Shown here: positions 46,557-60,046 of the stretch, in pieces
Layout: each line of letters starts with the position of its first letter
Position numbering within the stretch: the first letter of the stretch is position 1
Assembly: GCA_976226885.1 (NCBI GenBank)
Contig: OZ320318.1
Location: 57,164,001-57,228,000 of the forward strand
Direction: 5' to 3'
Length of the DNA stretch: 64,000 nucleotides
Source: Iphione sp. A-MEVVRFRX5
Lineage: Eukaryota
Notes under the pieces: model-generated
Seen by the model: only the letters and a program-made list of their open reading frames with translations
The model's database searches: none
Told to the model about the DNA's origin: nothing
Made by a program: the position numbers and the translations under genes

Positions 46557-48842
46557 TTTTTTTTTTTTTTTTTTTTTTTTATATTCTTTATTTATCCTGA
46601 TAATTATATACAATACTGTACGATTTCTCAGGTCTTGTCCATAGCAGTCCGGTTGCATATACTATTTACATGTTTGACTATATACATAGTTACAGGTTTT
46701 GGTGGATGATGATTATATACAGTGGTATTGGGGTCTGTTGTTTATATTGTACGCTTCTGTTTATCTTACTGTTATTATCAATACTTGTGATATCACCTAG
46801 ACATTAGCCCACGGTGAATGTGCTGGATATTGTTTCTTGACTACACGATTTAGATAGTGGAAGGCAGTTACATCGATAAAGTTGGTGCGCGTATACCTTT
46901 GTTAGATGAAATTCTTCTCACCAGACATTAGCCCAGGTTAGAAGATAAAGAGAGTAAACATTTATTCAAGGGACATTGTTACCCGGACATAAGCCCCAGG
47001 CAAATGCGAGATTTATCTTATATGTTCTCTATGCGACATTACCAGGCGTTTGAAGTCATCCTTTGGTAGTGCCATTGTCGTTAAAGGTAGTTTACTCCAC
47101 ATACTGTTTCCTACGTATGCAACGCTTCGTTTGTAGCTTTCTAGATTAGGCTTGTCTACATCGAAGGTGTGCTTATATCCAGCTCGTGTTCTCTTGTTTT
47201 CCGCAATGAATGACTCTCCTAGAGTGTGCCTACGATGCATTAGCATTAAGATCTTCAGGTTTCTTCGTTCCTCTAGTGTTCTGCATCCGGTTCGAGCCAT
47301 AGCGATAGTCGTTCTCGTCTGGTTAATGAACGCAGCTCGTATGGTTCTCTTATACATTCTATTGAGTCGTTCGAAATTGATGGAGTGGTTATTTGTCATA
47401 AGAATTAGTCCATAGTCGAAAAGGGGTAAGATCATTGTTTTAATGAGTAGAATGCGGTCCTTCAATGATAACAGCCTTCTGATCTTCCTGTAGTAGTACA
47501 ATTTCCTGCTTATCCTGGTTATCACTGTTTCTGTGTTTTTGTCGAAGTTAAGGGCACTGTCCATGAAGACTCCCAGGTACTTATATGTGGCAGTATTACT
47601 CAGTACATTACCATGAAAGGTTACTTGACTTGTTTCTCTTACTGGGTATTTGTACCTATACCACATTGTTTTAGTCTTGCTATGATTGATACCGATTTTG
47701 TTCGCTGTTGTCCATTTGTGTATGGCATCCACGTCATTCTGTATCCGATCCTTGGCTGTCTTAGTGGTTTCGCCTGCGACTGTGATTACCATATCGTCCG
47801 CATATAAGATCATTTTACTATATTGGCAGACTTTCTCAATCGGATTAATAAAGATGCTGAATAGTAACGGCCCCAGGATTGAGCCCTGGGGGACCCCACA
47901 TGTAACCATTGTTGTGCTTGACATGTGGCCATTTGCTATCGTCGTTTGTGTTCTGCCACATAGATAGTTTTTGAACCAAGCCAGGTCTCTCACCACACCT
48001 ATGTCATATAGCCGTTGGAGTAGTACGTTATGATTTATGCTGTCAAATGCTTTCCTAAAGTCAAAATACACGCTTACTACTTTTCTGCGCTGGTTCAATG
48101 CAGCGTGTATAGTGTCTGTTAAGAGTGCTATGGCCATTTCCGTGCTATGTCCTTTCCTGAAGCCAAATTGGTTTACACTTAGTAGCCCGTGATGTTCCAG
48201 AAATGAATATAGACGAGTGTGTACAAGGCGCTCCAAGATCTTCCCTGGTAACGGCAACACACTGATGGGCCTGTAGTTGCCTACCTCCGTTTTTCGTCCT
48301 GATTTGTATAGTGGTGTTACAGTAGCTCTCTTCCATGATGCCGGTATCAAGTGTTCTCTCAGGGAGCAATTAAGTAGGTGGAGGAAGTGTGGGATTGCAT
48401 GGAGGAGGAATCGTTTAAAGACCGCCGTTGGAATCTCTGGGAGCCCTGATGGTTTTCCGTTTCGTAAGGCTTTGATCACTTTGTACAGTTCAATTTCATT
48501 TGCTGGTTGCATATTAAACAAGTTATGTCCTCCATTGAGGCTTTGCTTGAACTCGCCTAGTTGTTTGGATATATTATCCCCAATGCTTGAGAAAAAATTG
48601 TTTATATAGGTTGGTACGTCTTTACTGGATATTTCAGCTTCGCCATCTAAGAGTTTTATAGTGGGTTTATTCTTTTTTGAGAGGCCTAATAGGTGTTGTA
48701 GTTTATTCCAGAATTTCGCAGGATTGTCCCTATGTGCATCAAGTTTACCTCGGACGTGCTGTCTCTTCTTCCAGTGTATTAGTCGTCTTGTCTGGATCCT
48801 CTTGGCTCTCGCTTCTTCCAGCAGTCTTTTATCCCCAGATGA
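46557..48842 (-). mobile_element. Young 5'-truncated CR1/L2-group LINE with poly(A) tail
   Basis: 24-T run at 46557-46580 on the plus strand, about 430 bp of 3' UTR, and a stop-free ORF2 frame from 48842 to 47013. Confidence 0.92.
47013..48521 (-). CDS. LINE ORF2 reverse transcriptase (partial; the frame stays open upstream to 48842)
   Basis: NYRPISVLP..KILER, NQFGFRKGHST, DFRKAFDSI, GVPQGSILGPLLF, YADD, YKYLG..DSAL.F. By manual translation the frame extends a further 107 codons upstream with no ATG/GTG/TTG codon (..PAKFWNKL..INNFFSSIG..). Confidence 0.9.
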   Translation of the reverse strand: MFNMQPANEIELYKVIKALRNGKPSGLPEIPTAVFKRFLLHAIPHFLHLLNCSLREHLIPASWKRATVTPLYKSGRKTEVGNYRPISVLPLPGKILERLVHTRLYSFLEHHGLLSVNQFGFRKGHSTEMAIALLTDTIHAALNQRRKVVSVYFDFRKAFDSINHNVLLQRLYDIGVVRDLAWFKNYLCGRTQTTIANGHMSSTTMVTCGVPQGSILGPLLFSIFINPIEKVCQYSKMILYADDMVITVAGETTKTAKDRIQNDVDAIHKWTTANKIGINHSKTKTMWYRYKYPVRETSQVTFHGNVLSNTATYKYLGVFMDSALNFDKNTETVITRISRKLYYYRKIRRLLSLKDRILLIKTMILPLFDYGLILMTNNHSINFERLNRMYKRTIRAAFINQTRTTIAMARTGCRTLEERRNLKILMLMHRRHTLGESFIAENKRTRAGYKHTFDVDKPNLESYKRSVAYVGNSMWSKLPLTTMALPKDDFKRLVMSHREHIR

Positions 48843-49409
48843 TTATTAGATGATGAGGGTGTCCGTGGGTTGGCTAGGAAGAATGGGAGGACGGAACACC
48901 CAAGAGGAACGATTCGAAGTGAGTGTATCGGGGTATTGGTGAAATGACAGAAGTAAACAGCCGTTCGGTATTGAGAAAGGGGGACGATCAATGCCCACCA
49001 ACCGTTACCGTTTTCCTTTCCCTGGGTCACTGCGCAAGTAAACACACCGCCAAGAACTTATTGGGGATGCTTTGGAAATTAATGGCTCGATTTCAGGGAC
49101 GGTCATATTTATCGTTGAGAATGTAAGAATGACCTGAACGACTTCTCAGAAGTATGGTGATGTTGAAGGGCTGTGGTCAAGCTATGGGTTACACAGAAAG
49201 GGTACCCTTAACTAAGTCATCTACATAAATGTACTCCGTATGAGTTGTCGATTCATGAGCGAAGGATTTTAATCGCTGAAAGCAGCTATAAACTATTAAA
49301 TAAGGCCGGCTCTCCTTGTATACAGAGATTTCTATGCACTGCATGGCTGTCTGGAAAATCGGCCAATTTCCGCACCTCTCTGGATGGTTGCTTTCCATGT
49401 ATACGTGTA

Positions 49410-49413
<4 letters not shown>

Positions 49414-49445
<32 letters not shown>
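49414..49445. repeat. (GA)n microsatellite
   Basis: Pure AG run, with imperfect continuation to about 49470. Confidence 0.95.
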
Positions 49446-49448
<3 letters not shown>

Positions 49449-49509
49449 CAGAGAGACAGAGAGAAGAGGGATAGGATATGTGCATGTGTGCATTTTGTGT
49501 GTGTACACT

Positions 49510-49682
49510 GATTGGAAGGAATTCTGCCGAATTCTGTGTAAATATTGAGTTTTTTGTGCTGATCGGAAGGAATTCCACCCAAATCCATGTAAATAGTGAG
49601 TTTCCGTCCAAATCTGTGTAAATAGTGAGTTTTACATGCTGATCAGAAGGACTTCTGTCAAGATATGTGTAAATGAGTTTTT
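49510..49682. repeat. Degenerate tandem repeat of about 50 bp
   Basis: Recurring GCTGATCGGAAGGAATTC..TGTGTAAATAGTGAGTTT units, 3-4 copies. Confidence 0.7.
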
Positions 49683-52600
49683 AAAATGTAAATTACAGGC
49701 AAATTAAAAAAAACATTTCACATCTAACATATGTTAGACACTGTTCTTCCTTCTTTAAAAGCTTCATTTCTCTATCCTACACATCTGTGCATGTGTGTGG
49801 TGCAAAAACATTTTCGGTCCAGGTCCGTTTTTGGCCTATGCACCTCTTTGCAGCACACAGTACGCAGCATGCGGCAAGCATGTGTATACATGGGAACAGT
49901 CCTGCTGATTGGCATATAATCGGTTTTTCCTGCACCGTGCAGTCTGAGCTCTGCAGGTGATTTCTGCACACAAGGAACGCTTGCCTAAGGCTGGGTTTCC
50001 ATGTGTCTGGAATTGTTTCTGCAGCACAGGTGCATAACTGTGGGAAAAAATATCTTACATTCAACATGATTATTTACTTGTGTACGGGCTCTGTGCTATG
50101 AGCTCCATGTCCAGAGTGATCTGGAGACTGAATACAGACCTGGGCCATAATTTCTTCAGACATGGACATACACTAATGAGACACTTTCACTAATGGGACA
50201 CTTTCACTGGGAACCACAGATATCCCAAGTTCAAGTTTAAGTGTACACATTTCCATGCATCTGACCGTCTCTCCTGAAATTGATTTCTTCATAACTCTAT
50301 TTCTAGATCTATTTCCTTGGAATTTAAGAAAATGACCATCGAACTATTCCCTCTCCAAACGTCGGCAAAAAGAATCCCCCGACAGATAGTTTGACAATCT
50401 ACACAATTTGTAGACCGAGCAAAGCTCTCTGATATTTCAAGCTCAGAAGGACATCAAGATCGAATTGAATTATTTTCCTCTGTTTATCATATTCACGACG
50501 TCTTAATGTAGAATGAAGGTAAACGTGTGTCAAAAGATGTCAACCTTGGAAAAAACTTTGGCAACGATCTAAGAAATGTACCTGAAATTCGTCACACTTT
50601 TCCTTGAAGTTAAAGTTAGGACGAGGAAGATACTAAATGGAAGATTTCAGCAAGAAATGATTGATTCAGTCATCAGGCCTCATATAAAGAATTACCGCCA
50701 GACAGAACCCTGCTAGATTTTCACCTTTTTCAGTCAAAACTACATGGTTTCCACCATTTACTTCCATTTTCTGGCCTAGTTTGCCTGATACTTGCCTGCT
50801 TTCAGTCAGATTTTTGCCTTATTTCTGCTGTTTCTCATGTTTTCACCAATGGTTCCACCATGCAAAGGTGTGAAAACATGCCTGACAGCCCAAGAAAATA
50901 TGGTCCGTACAAACACGCTCTGTGAAAACACACTTGCGGCTGGATATCCATGTACGTATGTCACCATGTGTGTCCATGCATGAGTGTGTTGGGGCATATT
51001 TTTGTTAATCTGATAACCACTGTATACACCCCGTGGTGCATACTTTCTTTATGTTTTCACGTTTACACACCTGCTATAAACATTTTGTCCAAAATACATG
51101 CACGAAACACTCACTGTGGAGCATGGAAAATAGAACATTTCACATTTTTGAAGCACAGACCATGCTGACACATTATGCACATGCAGGGATACATGTGCAT
51201 GGAAATTCTCCTCCTCTTAATCATAGTTCCCCCCAAATATGTACTGAAATATGCACGGACATGGATGCTGACGCATGCATGGAAACTCTCCCTAATTCTA
51301 TGGAAACTCAGCTTTGCAGTTGTGCAGGATTTAGGTTTTTGCACATCCATGTAAAGTCATACTGTCTAAATTTCATTCTGTTCTCTATGCACATGATAGA
51401 GAAGTGATAGAAAAGGGATAAAATGATTTATACAGATTCCACTGTATAATGGGGACTGGGTCATGTGACCGAATCAAACCTTGTGAAGAGGTTTCCCTTT
51501 TCCCACAGGCATACGTTTCTTTGTAGCAGCTACACATAGACAGTGGGTCTTGGCCAGCCTAAAGACATACGTCCTGTAGTGTAGGACCTCTGTCCACTGC
51601 AACTATAAAAACCACTGATCTTTACCGCATACATAACCCTGTATTCTTCTAAATACCTGGACTTAATCTTATCTGATTCCATTCATGAAGCTGGCTATAC
51701 CAGGCAAATAATTTCCAAAGGGTAGCGAGTGGGCGTATGGGAGAGGTCTCTAGAGAAATGTCGAGAGGAGAAGTGATCTTGGGGAAGTGTCTGAGTAGGA
51801 AACGTCCAATGAGTTAGTCCCACCACGAAATCTCCTATGGTACAGACTACGTGTTTATGTATTAAAACGTTAATATTGCAGAAATAGAAAGTCTCAGAAC
51901 AAGGAGCGCCTTTACATAGATGAAATGTTAGGCGCAAGTATGGAGGGGATCTTCATTAAAAAAATTGCCTACTCAGAACAATGGTGCAAGCTAGTACAAA
52001 TCTCAAAATCTATATCAATTAGAAGTAAATCACGACGAGTACTGAAATAAGTATGTGAATGAGTAAATATCAAAACGGGAGATGGTTTCTGCGGGTGTTA
52101 AGCTGTATGTCATCCGAGTACAGTCACGGTACGAATGGCTTCGCACGTACGAGAATTGTTTTCTTCAAATATTATTATTCTAGTCTCGCGAAGCTTTTAA
52201 GAACCCTTTCTCAATCGAGGCATCACTCACCAAAAGACAAAAGTCCTTGGTATTCATTTTATTCTTTGGCTAAGCCCACGAAAGAAAGACGAGCAAACTT
52301 TTCTTTCAGGTGATAAGACCCAGATAAGACGAAACGTCTCGTTTGACAGTTGAAGTCCGCGATTTGCTTGTAGATGACGATTCTCCCCTTTAAATAAAAA
52401 TCTTCATCGGAAGCAAATGCACAATCATGGGAAGACGACCTTTTGAATAGAAATAATCCGGTTTATGGCTAGGCGAAGAGAAGATTTTGAAGGCTTTATA
52501 CATTAGGGTACTGCTGATTTATGACGTTATTGAGATTTATAGCAAGATGATGTCTGCAGCCTATCCTTACCTATGTGGTGGCTATATCGACAGTAACTAT

Positions 52601-54204
52601 TTAAAGCAGTCATGTCACCTTAAATGATCTCAAATACAATTTTCATGATGATCTCTTTGAAATTAATACGGATGGTAGGGGGATACCATTATACCTCTCG
52701 GTTCACTAAATTTCATGACTAAGAAAAAGAAGCATTACGATAATGTGGGATAATTTTGCAAAAATATTTGGTGTGGCCGTCCCGAGTTGCGCCCACCGTG
52801 TAATTGGATTACGTCGATTCAGTTTTCACCACTGGTATTTCCAAGAGACCTGTACTATCTCTCACAAATGATAGCAGTCGGAGGGTTGAGTGAAGCCTCT
52901 AGCATTAGTCTTTGCATAATTAAAATCGAAACATGTCGTCCAAAGCCGACAGCAAATCTACCGTCCATTAGCGAGACAATAGGAATTATTGTCAAACAGG
53001 AGCCGTCTTGATGAATCCAATTGCAGAAACCAGCGACAAGTTGCGATTAACTGCAATTCAACCCTCTTGGGGAAAATACGGTTTCGACAGGAATAGGATA
53101 AAATGAATTAATTGGACCAATACTTCTTTAGTCCATAAGCATTAGTTCAAACAATATTGCTTTCAGAGGATAAAATTTGCCTAGAAGCCCAGGCGATTTA
53201 GAATTCATGGCCAACAGCCTATTTAGAATGTTGACCTTGTAGAAAATAAATTCAGAGCCTCATAGCCTTAGGAGGACAGTAACCGAAAGTATCCGAGTGA
53301 ATGACAACGAGGAACACGTTCAAAGTATTTCAAGAGTCAGGTGAGAAAAGACCGTCAAGTCCTCATAAAGACTGCGCTTTGGGACTGTGAAATTTGCGTA
53401 TACCAAGAATGTGCTACTTACTAGTCTCATAATTCAGCTGCAACTACTATTTCGATATGTACTGAAGAAAGAGACCAGTTTTTTCTAATCATATATGTCT
53501 CGTGAAATCTTCAATGTGTATATGAGAAGAGAATCAATAAACAATCGGTCAATCAATCAAAACAGACTCAGTTATTGTAAAGCTTGCAAAGTAGAGCACC
53601 CCTCTCGTTTATATTTCTAAGAGAAAAAGTACATCCTGTATATGAATGAATGTCTTTCCTGGAAATCATCATGGGAGTGGTTCCTGTGGTAGGTAGTAAA
53701 CAAATCAGGATCACATGAAAAGGAAACGTAATTACCATATCGCCCAATACCCATTACAATGCTACCTTTAGTGGAATTATGGTAACCTGTGCTGGCATAA
53801 CATCGACGGACCAATCGCTACGTGGATTTCGCAGCATAGCCACAAAAACATTATTAAGAAAATCATGCAGTAACTGGTCTCGGCAGTAAATGTCATATTC
53901 TTGACAAACAATACTACATTGGATGTAAGGAAAGTAAAAGTAAATCTTCGACAAATTCAAGGTCTCCTGCAATTTCTTCACACGGTAAACGTTCCCCTAG
54001 ATATTCGATTCCCGATATAATGTAAGGTGCCGCTCATTTGGGCATTGGATTGATTTATGCCAATCTCTAACCACGGCGTACCGCTGACAATATATTCCCT
54101 TTCATGAATCACCATCCTACCGGTAAAACGACAAGGAACAACTAATTAGGTGAAGTATTTAGCACGACGGCATCGAAATAACGGGATTACTATAATTTAA
54201 GTGG

Positions 54205-54400
54205 GCAGACATAGACTATGATTGGACGGACGAAATAACCGGGAAAAGCGGGGGGGGGGGGGTTTGCACTGTATCCTATGAGCCAGTGAGCCACGATAGA
54301 TAGATGGATAGGCGACGAGGGACATCACTAGAGAACTGGCAGTGTCCCCGGACAGTATGAATTCGATGGTGGTATCGGCAAGAATTAAGTAGCATTCCTC
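54205..54400 (+). pseudogene. LINE apurinic-endonuclease domain fragment
   Basis: DWTDEITGKSGGGGLHCI..SPDSMNSMVVSAR resembles the RxDRT..GKxxGGG...SPDxExLxV motifs of CR1/L2/Rex APE domains. Confidence 0.45.
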
Positions 54401-55729
54401 ACTAATATGCTCTGGTTGACAGAAAACCACTCCATAAAGGCTGGAGGAAAGTGTTCCGAAACGGCATGAACTATAAAAATTACTTTGAGATCAGTTGTGC
54501 AGTGGCACGCGTAACCAGCTGCGTTTATAGAATTATGATTATCACACATGATTAAATTTGAAGTGAGGATTTGAGGTTAATTCAAGGTTTTGCAAATATA
54601 AGCAATGACAGCTGTGCTTCTCAGAAAGCAGATGTTTTGAAAAGATTGACGTTATATTTTCATCTGACGTCTTCTTGCCTCGTGCGTGATGTGTGTTCTC
54701 AAAGGTGAATTGGTAATTTTCTGATCCAATTAGATTTAAAACAATGTTAGAACATGAATAATGGTTTCTTCCTCTCAGAGGAAAGCAGTCACTTCTAAAC
54801 ATTCCAGGATTATTCCGAGATCATTTCGTGATCCCGTTTTGTTATTTCCTGTTTAGAATTAAGGGACATGGAAATCAAACATGAGCATATTATAGCTACG
54901 TTTATAATTTTAAAGAGAGAAATGACAATGGTTATTAAGAACATCATTTGCCCACCCAGAGTATAGGAATAGAAGAATCATCTCTGTGTTAAAACCATGA
55001 CCAATGCTTATCTTGTATGATGATTACGTTTCATCACAGCGCACATTTTAGAACTTGTCTGGATTCCTAGGCTGATATATTGTTGGGAAAATTGCAAGTT
55101 CTCAAAGGTAAATATTTACTTCCTCTTTCTTTGGACATAACCACCACTTGGCAGGATTTCATGCAGTTCTAACCGATACTGAAAATTAGGCAGAATCCCA
55201 AAAGATGAAATCTAATGGACTAGTCTGCGATATATTATGAGCAGTGTATCCTAAACCAGACCGATTAATTTCGTAACAGGAATATTTATGAGCTTGACAT
55301 TACCGTTTGCCATACGAGGAATTTTCCTAATAAATGGTAACCACTTATGTCTGCCTAGACATTGAAAGATATTTGTACATAAAACAAACATTTGCATCTA
55401 AAAAGACGAAAGTGAGCGTGCTTCACTTTGCAACATGAGGTCATTTGGGAGATCATTAATTATCCCAGTCAGGGCTGAACAGGTATCAGATAAGTTCGCT
55501 AATAGGGTATGGTAGTCTGGCTGGACACCCTCTTAAAGGGAGGGATGTTTTAAATAATAATATCATTCCAAGCCTGTTGCATGAAAGGAGTACACGCGAG
55601 TATGAGTTCTTGTCATCAGTAGTAAAATATGAGGTTGTTTTAACTTTACGTGGATACTTTTGAGAAAAAGTCACACAAAGGCCACAATTAACTAAAATGT
55701 ACAATAATTCAGAATGTCTGGAACCATCA

Positions 55730-55806
55730 TTCACCCTTTAAATGCGAATGCCTTCAGGCTTTTGCCTGGGAATGCCTTTAGGCATCATTCGCCCTTGTAG
55801 GGTTAA
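55730..55806. mobile_element. Tiny piggyBac-like MITE
   Basis: TTCA-CCCTTTAAATGCGAATG...CATTCGCCCTTGTAGGG-TTAA. Contains two ATGCCT-NN-AGGC(AT) palindromes like those at 6996-7081. Confidence 0.5.
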
Positions 55807-56018
55807 CGATTGTCAAACGTTACAAAGCCGCTTGTTGGGCAAGAGCAAGGACCCCTGCCGAGGAAAATGTAACGAAATCTTGTGGGAATAAAAGAGGACA
55901 ATCCCAGAGGCCATTGAAGAACAGAATCTCTGTACAGTGCATGAGGGTCCTATTATTGATTTATAACTGGACCCGTGTCAACCAGTACCTCGTATAGGCG
56001 ATCATCCTTCATCTTATA

Positions 56019-56156
56019 CAGTACGGACCATATGTACATGTCTCTATCCAATCGAGGACATGTTTCTAATAAGGACATTTATGGGAAGAGCAGATGTATC
56101 AATTAGAGACAATTTGGGAAAGAACCAATGGTGTCCCGATGAGAGACTTTCCACTG
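56019..56156. mobile_element. Pogo/Tigger-like MITE with damaged left TIR
   Basis: Right end GAGAGACTTTCCACTG-TA; left end TA-CAGT[17 bp]GTCTCT; internal GGACA/TGTCC motifs. Confidence 0.5.
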
Positions 56157-58149
56157 TAGATTAAAATACGGCTGAAGTCACACAGGAATGTCGAGATTTT
56201 CCCCCAAGGTGATACCAAAAAATGTCCCCGAAAACTTTGTTCGCGTGAGCTTTAATTTTCGGAACGCATTTTCGGTGCAAAGTAAGAAGTGCGCGAACGA
56301 AAGGAGGATGACACAGGAAATCCGGGAAACGAATTTCTGAAGGTGTGAAGATCCAAATTGGATGTTCCTCCCGCGCTCTAATGGTTATGAATAGGTAATT
56401 AACTTAGCGACATCCGTGTCAGGTAACAACTTTGGAGAAAGTTCTCACGCGTGGTTAATGTAAAGATAAAAACGACATGTTAATTGCTGGTAGGTAGCCA
56501 AAAAAATAACTACGTGTGATTGAAACGATATCAAAACTAAGAGCGTATGGATCCTCTGCTGTTAGACTGATCTCGGAAACTGGGAAAGTGAAATACTTGG
56601 TCCTGAAATGTGTGACATTTAGAATTCACAGTTAAATGTTCAACCAAAACAATGTCATGTAGGAAAGCAACATTTTAAAAGCGAGTAAAAATCTTATCAA
56701 AACTCATTCAGTTATGGAAATACCATTAAGATCAATAGAGTGTTTCACAAATCCGAATATTTCGTAAAATATTTATCGTCGCTAATTAGTGCATCCGATA
56801 AGCAGGATAGGAAAATAGTTTCTGTACCAATTAACGAACCTGTGGGACAAAGCGCCGCTCTCAGTATGTTGATTGAATTGCGCCGTTAAGCACTCCAGTC
56901 CAGGTCATCAAATGTCAATATGATTGAATTATTTCCATGCGTGTGCAGGAGATAGCGTTAATCGATCACATTATTTCAGCACCTTCATTGCCAAGGACAT
57001 GCAAAATGTTTGCATTTACTTCGATTTAGACAGATATGAATCATTTTAACCACAAACGGAATGATTAAAATGAGTGGCCCTCCAATCCACTGAATGGCAA
57101 TGATTAATCACTGGCAATGATTGGCACTGATTAACAAACAAACACATAAAATTATGGACATAAGCGTCTTTTCTAGGCATGTGGGTCTTTGACATATGCC
57201 CCTGTTCAATAAAGTAACATGTAATACTTTCCCTTGGGTGGCAATACTTCATCGATAGGCTCCATATTGACTACTGAGGAGTTCTGCTAACACTAATGCC
57301 CAATTTCCGTGCACCTGTGTCTCCGAGTATCATGTCCAATCATGTTCACCATGGTTTGTGGGAACTTAGGATAACAGGAGGAGGTATATCCATGTATCCA
57401 TTGTCAATACGTTTGGGTTAGTTGTAGTAGCTCTATAAACCTTTACTCTTCTACACCAAGATCATTTATCTGTTCCTGTAAATAACATTTAAGTGGCCAA
57501 AAAATTCTAAAACCATATAAACATGTTCATCAATTAAAGATTTGTTTTCGGAGTGTACATTCATACAGGTGATGACAACAGGCCCATACGTCTCATTGAA
57601 GCAGTGATAAACGGTTACAGACCCTTCGGGTGTCAAATAGTGCCTCAGTACAGGTATCCCTATACTCCAGTAGCCAAAACATGTAAATCGATATCTCGTA
57701 TACAGCTGGCCTCTGTTAAGGAGACATCTCATTCGAAGCAACTCTTTCTGTTCACCTGTGATGCTTAGTAATGTTACTTCTCCATTACCCTATACATACA
57801 TGTAAGTACGCGCTCGTGTTGTGAATTATTCCCTCCAAAAGACATCGGATATATTTTCAATTATCCCATTCAGGTTTTTGGGAGGGTTGAGCTATGTTCC
57901 TTTGCCTGTGTTCTTTCCCATTGAATACGTTCATATATTCTGATACATGTATAATAATATGCAGTATCAATGTACATCAAGCTGCCATTTGACAGAACGA
58001 TCACAGATGCAATGCCTCCTGTAATCTACAGTACAGGTGAGTATGTGTTTGTGTGCACATAAGTTGTTTAGTGAGATATAACAAAGGTTAAAGCTTTTGT
58101 TCATGTGATGTTGTCAGAAATTTGCTAAATGTGGATATCCATCTGCTAC

Positions 58150-58570
58150 TTCCACTGGCAGAGCGAGTCCCTTGGACTCTTACTCTTCTCAATGTATATA
58201 AATGATTTACCCTCGCCTGTCCATAGTAGAACAACACTCTTTGCCGATGATACTGTCGGTTGTTGCAGTAATAGAAGTCGAAGTGGGGTATTGGACAAGA
58301 TGACAGATATATGTTTACAATTTGAGGAATGGTGTCAAAAGAGTCAGTTTATTACCAATGTTATTAAGACAAAATTAATGCTAGGTAGCTTGAGTAATGA
58401 GGATTATAATAACATATATGAATTCCTTCACTCTTAATGGTGGAAAACTTGATTTTGTTAGAGAACATGAATATTTGAGTCTTATTATAGATGATGTACT
58501 GAGTGTGAAGTCGCAAAGAGAGTATGTCCTTAAGAAATTATTTTCTCTGTTATATAGTTTTTTCCAAACT
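58150..58570 (+). pseudogene. CR1/L2-type RT fragment
   Basis: LGLLLFSMYINDLP..LFADDT..EEWC..NVIKTKLM..LNGGKLDFVREHEYL..IIDD. Confidence 0.8.
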
Positions 58571-59744
58571 ATTTAGTCACTCACCTAGTGGCCACACATT
58601 TCAATGAAGGCTCTTATCAAGGCCTGGAGGATGTTACCCTCCATATAGTAGACTTCATACATAGTGATCCAAGAAAGCCACACACAACTAAACTATAACT
58701 GATGATGGAATTCATGTGGATTCACAGACTACATACACAAGCCCCACTGAATGCCATAGCTTTGTGATATGACTGAGACCCCCCTTCCCTCCTGGACCTA
58801 TGGCCATCTAGCCACATTAAAACCAATTTTTGGTACTCAACAACCATGGTTTTGGTTACTTCTACCATAGGAAATGGGAGAGGTTTTACTCTACAGCCAT
58901 GGTTGTCTCAACCATAAACACCTCTTCCCACATGACACATACAATTTACCAAGGAAAGGGGATATATCTGACCCTTATAGTATTCCATGGGTGGGATTCC
59001 TCTGGCTTCCCACTAAGCCCCTCTTCTAGAGGGGTTATACCTTTTCAGTGGGTGTGCCTAAGTGTTCAGCATAAGACTTGGACACATACTTATTGACCCT
59101 AGAAGAGACCAGGAGAAATTCAAGACACCAATAGACTGTCTACAATGGAGTCATACAAAAATGTTCCTTGTCTCATTTTGAACATCCCCCATTTTCACTG
59201 CGATTGGCAGTGGCCTTAACAAACCAGTCCCACTACACCTGTTTCAGGACACCTCAGAAAAATATATGATCCCAATGGTGCCTGATAAGACCATTATGGT
59301 CAAAACTACTGCAAAACTACCCTTTCTTCCCTAATTGGTACACAGAGGGACTCACTGTATCAACACTAGACTGTCTTTACCAATGGATGGAAGAACCCCT
59401 AGTGCTCATGGATGTATATGGCCCATATGAGTACTAAGGGCCCCTATGCATATCAATTAAAAGACAAAAGAATATAAAACAAAGGGGAGAGTACCAGTGC
59501 TACTGATATAGTATGTATGGAATAAACAACAAAGTCATGGATATTGGTGTAACTACACAAGGAATGAGAATGCCTAAACCCGTTATTACAGAGGGGATCA
59601 AACCTCAGGAGTTGGGAACTATTTTCACAAGCCTCTCAACTGGGACATGGGTCAGAGGTGGGTAGGCTGTATTCATGGGTAGGAATACCCCATGACAGAG
59701 TTTGTGCAGTCACACTGGGGTTCTACATTATCTTTGCCATGTAT

Positions 59745-60010
59745 AGAAAATCAGTTATATATCTTTTCAAAAGTTTTGATTTATTTAACAGAATTTGATG
59801 CTACCACTATTTATAAATCTCTTCCATTACCAATAATTGATTACTCTAAATCCTTTATAACTTGTACTCCTCTTTCTTATCATGCTCGTTTGCAAAGCAT
59901 ACAGAATAGAGCCTTGGGTGTAATTCTAAGAAAATTTCACAAGAAAAGAAACATGTCTTCAGATAACTTGCATCTTAATATAGAGGATATTCAAAAACTG
60001 AAGATCACCA
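59745..60010 (+). pseudogene. CR1/L2-type ORF2 continuation
   Basis: LYIFSKVLIYL..TIYKSLPLPIIDYS..LQSIQNRALGVI, the segment that normally follows the 58150-58570 piece. About 1.2 kb of other sequence lies between them. Confidence 0.7.
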
Positions 60011-60046
60011 TTTCAGGGAAAATCATTTGGATTTCGGATATTTCAC

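Noticed and set aside
49114-49125. Possible TSD for the young LINE (GTTGAGAATGTA versus GTTAAAATGTA before the poly-T)
   Set aside because: Imperfect, and about 280 bp beyond where ORF2 similarity ends. A young insertion should show a near-exact TSD.
53617-53814. Sushi/CCP-like YGNYVSFSCDPD peptide
   Set aside because: Lacks the flanking Cys/Trp pattern and credible exon boundaries.
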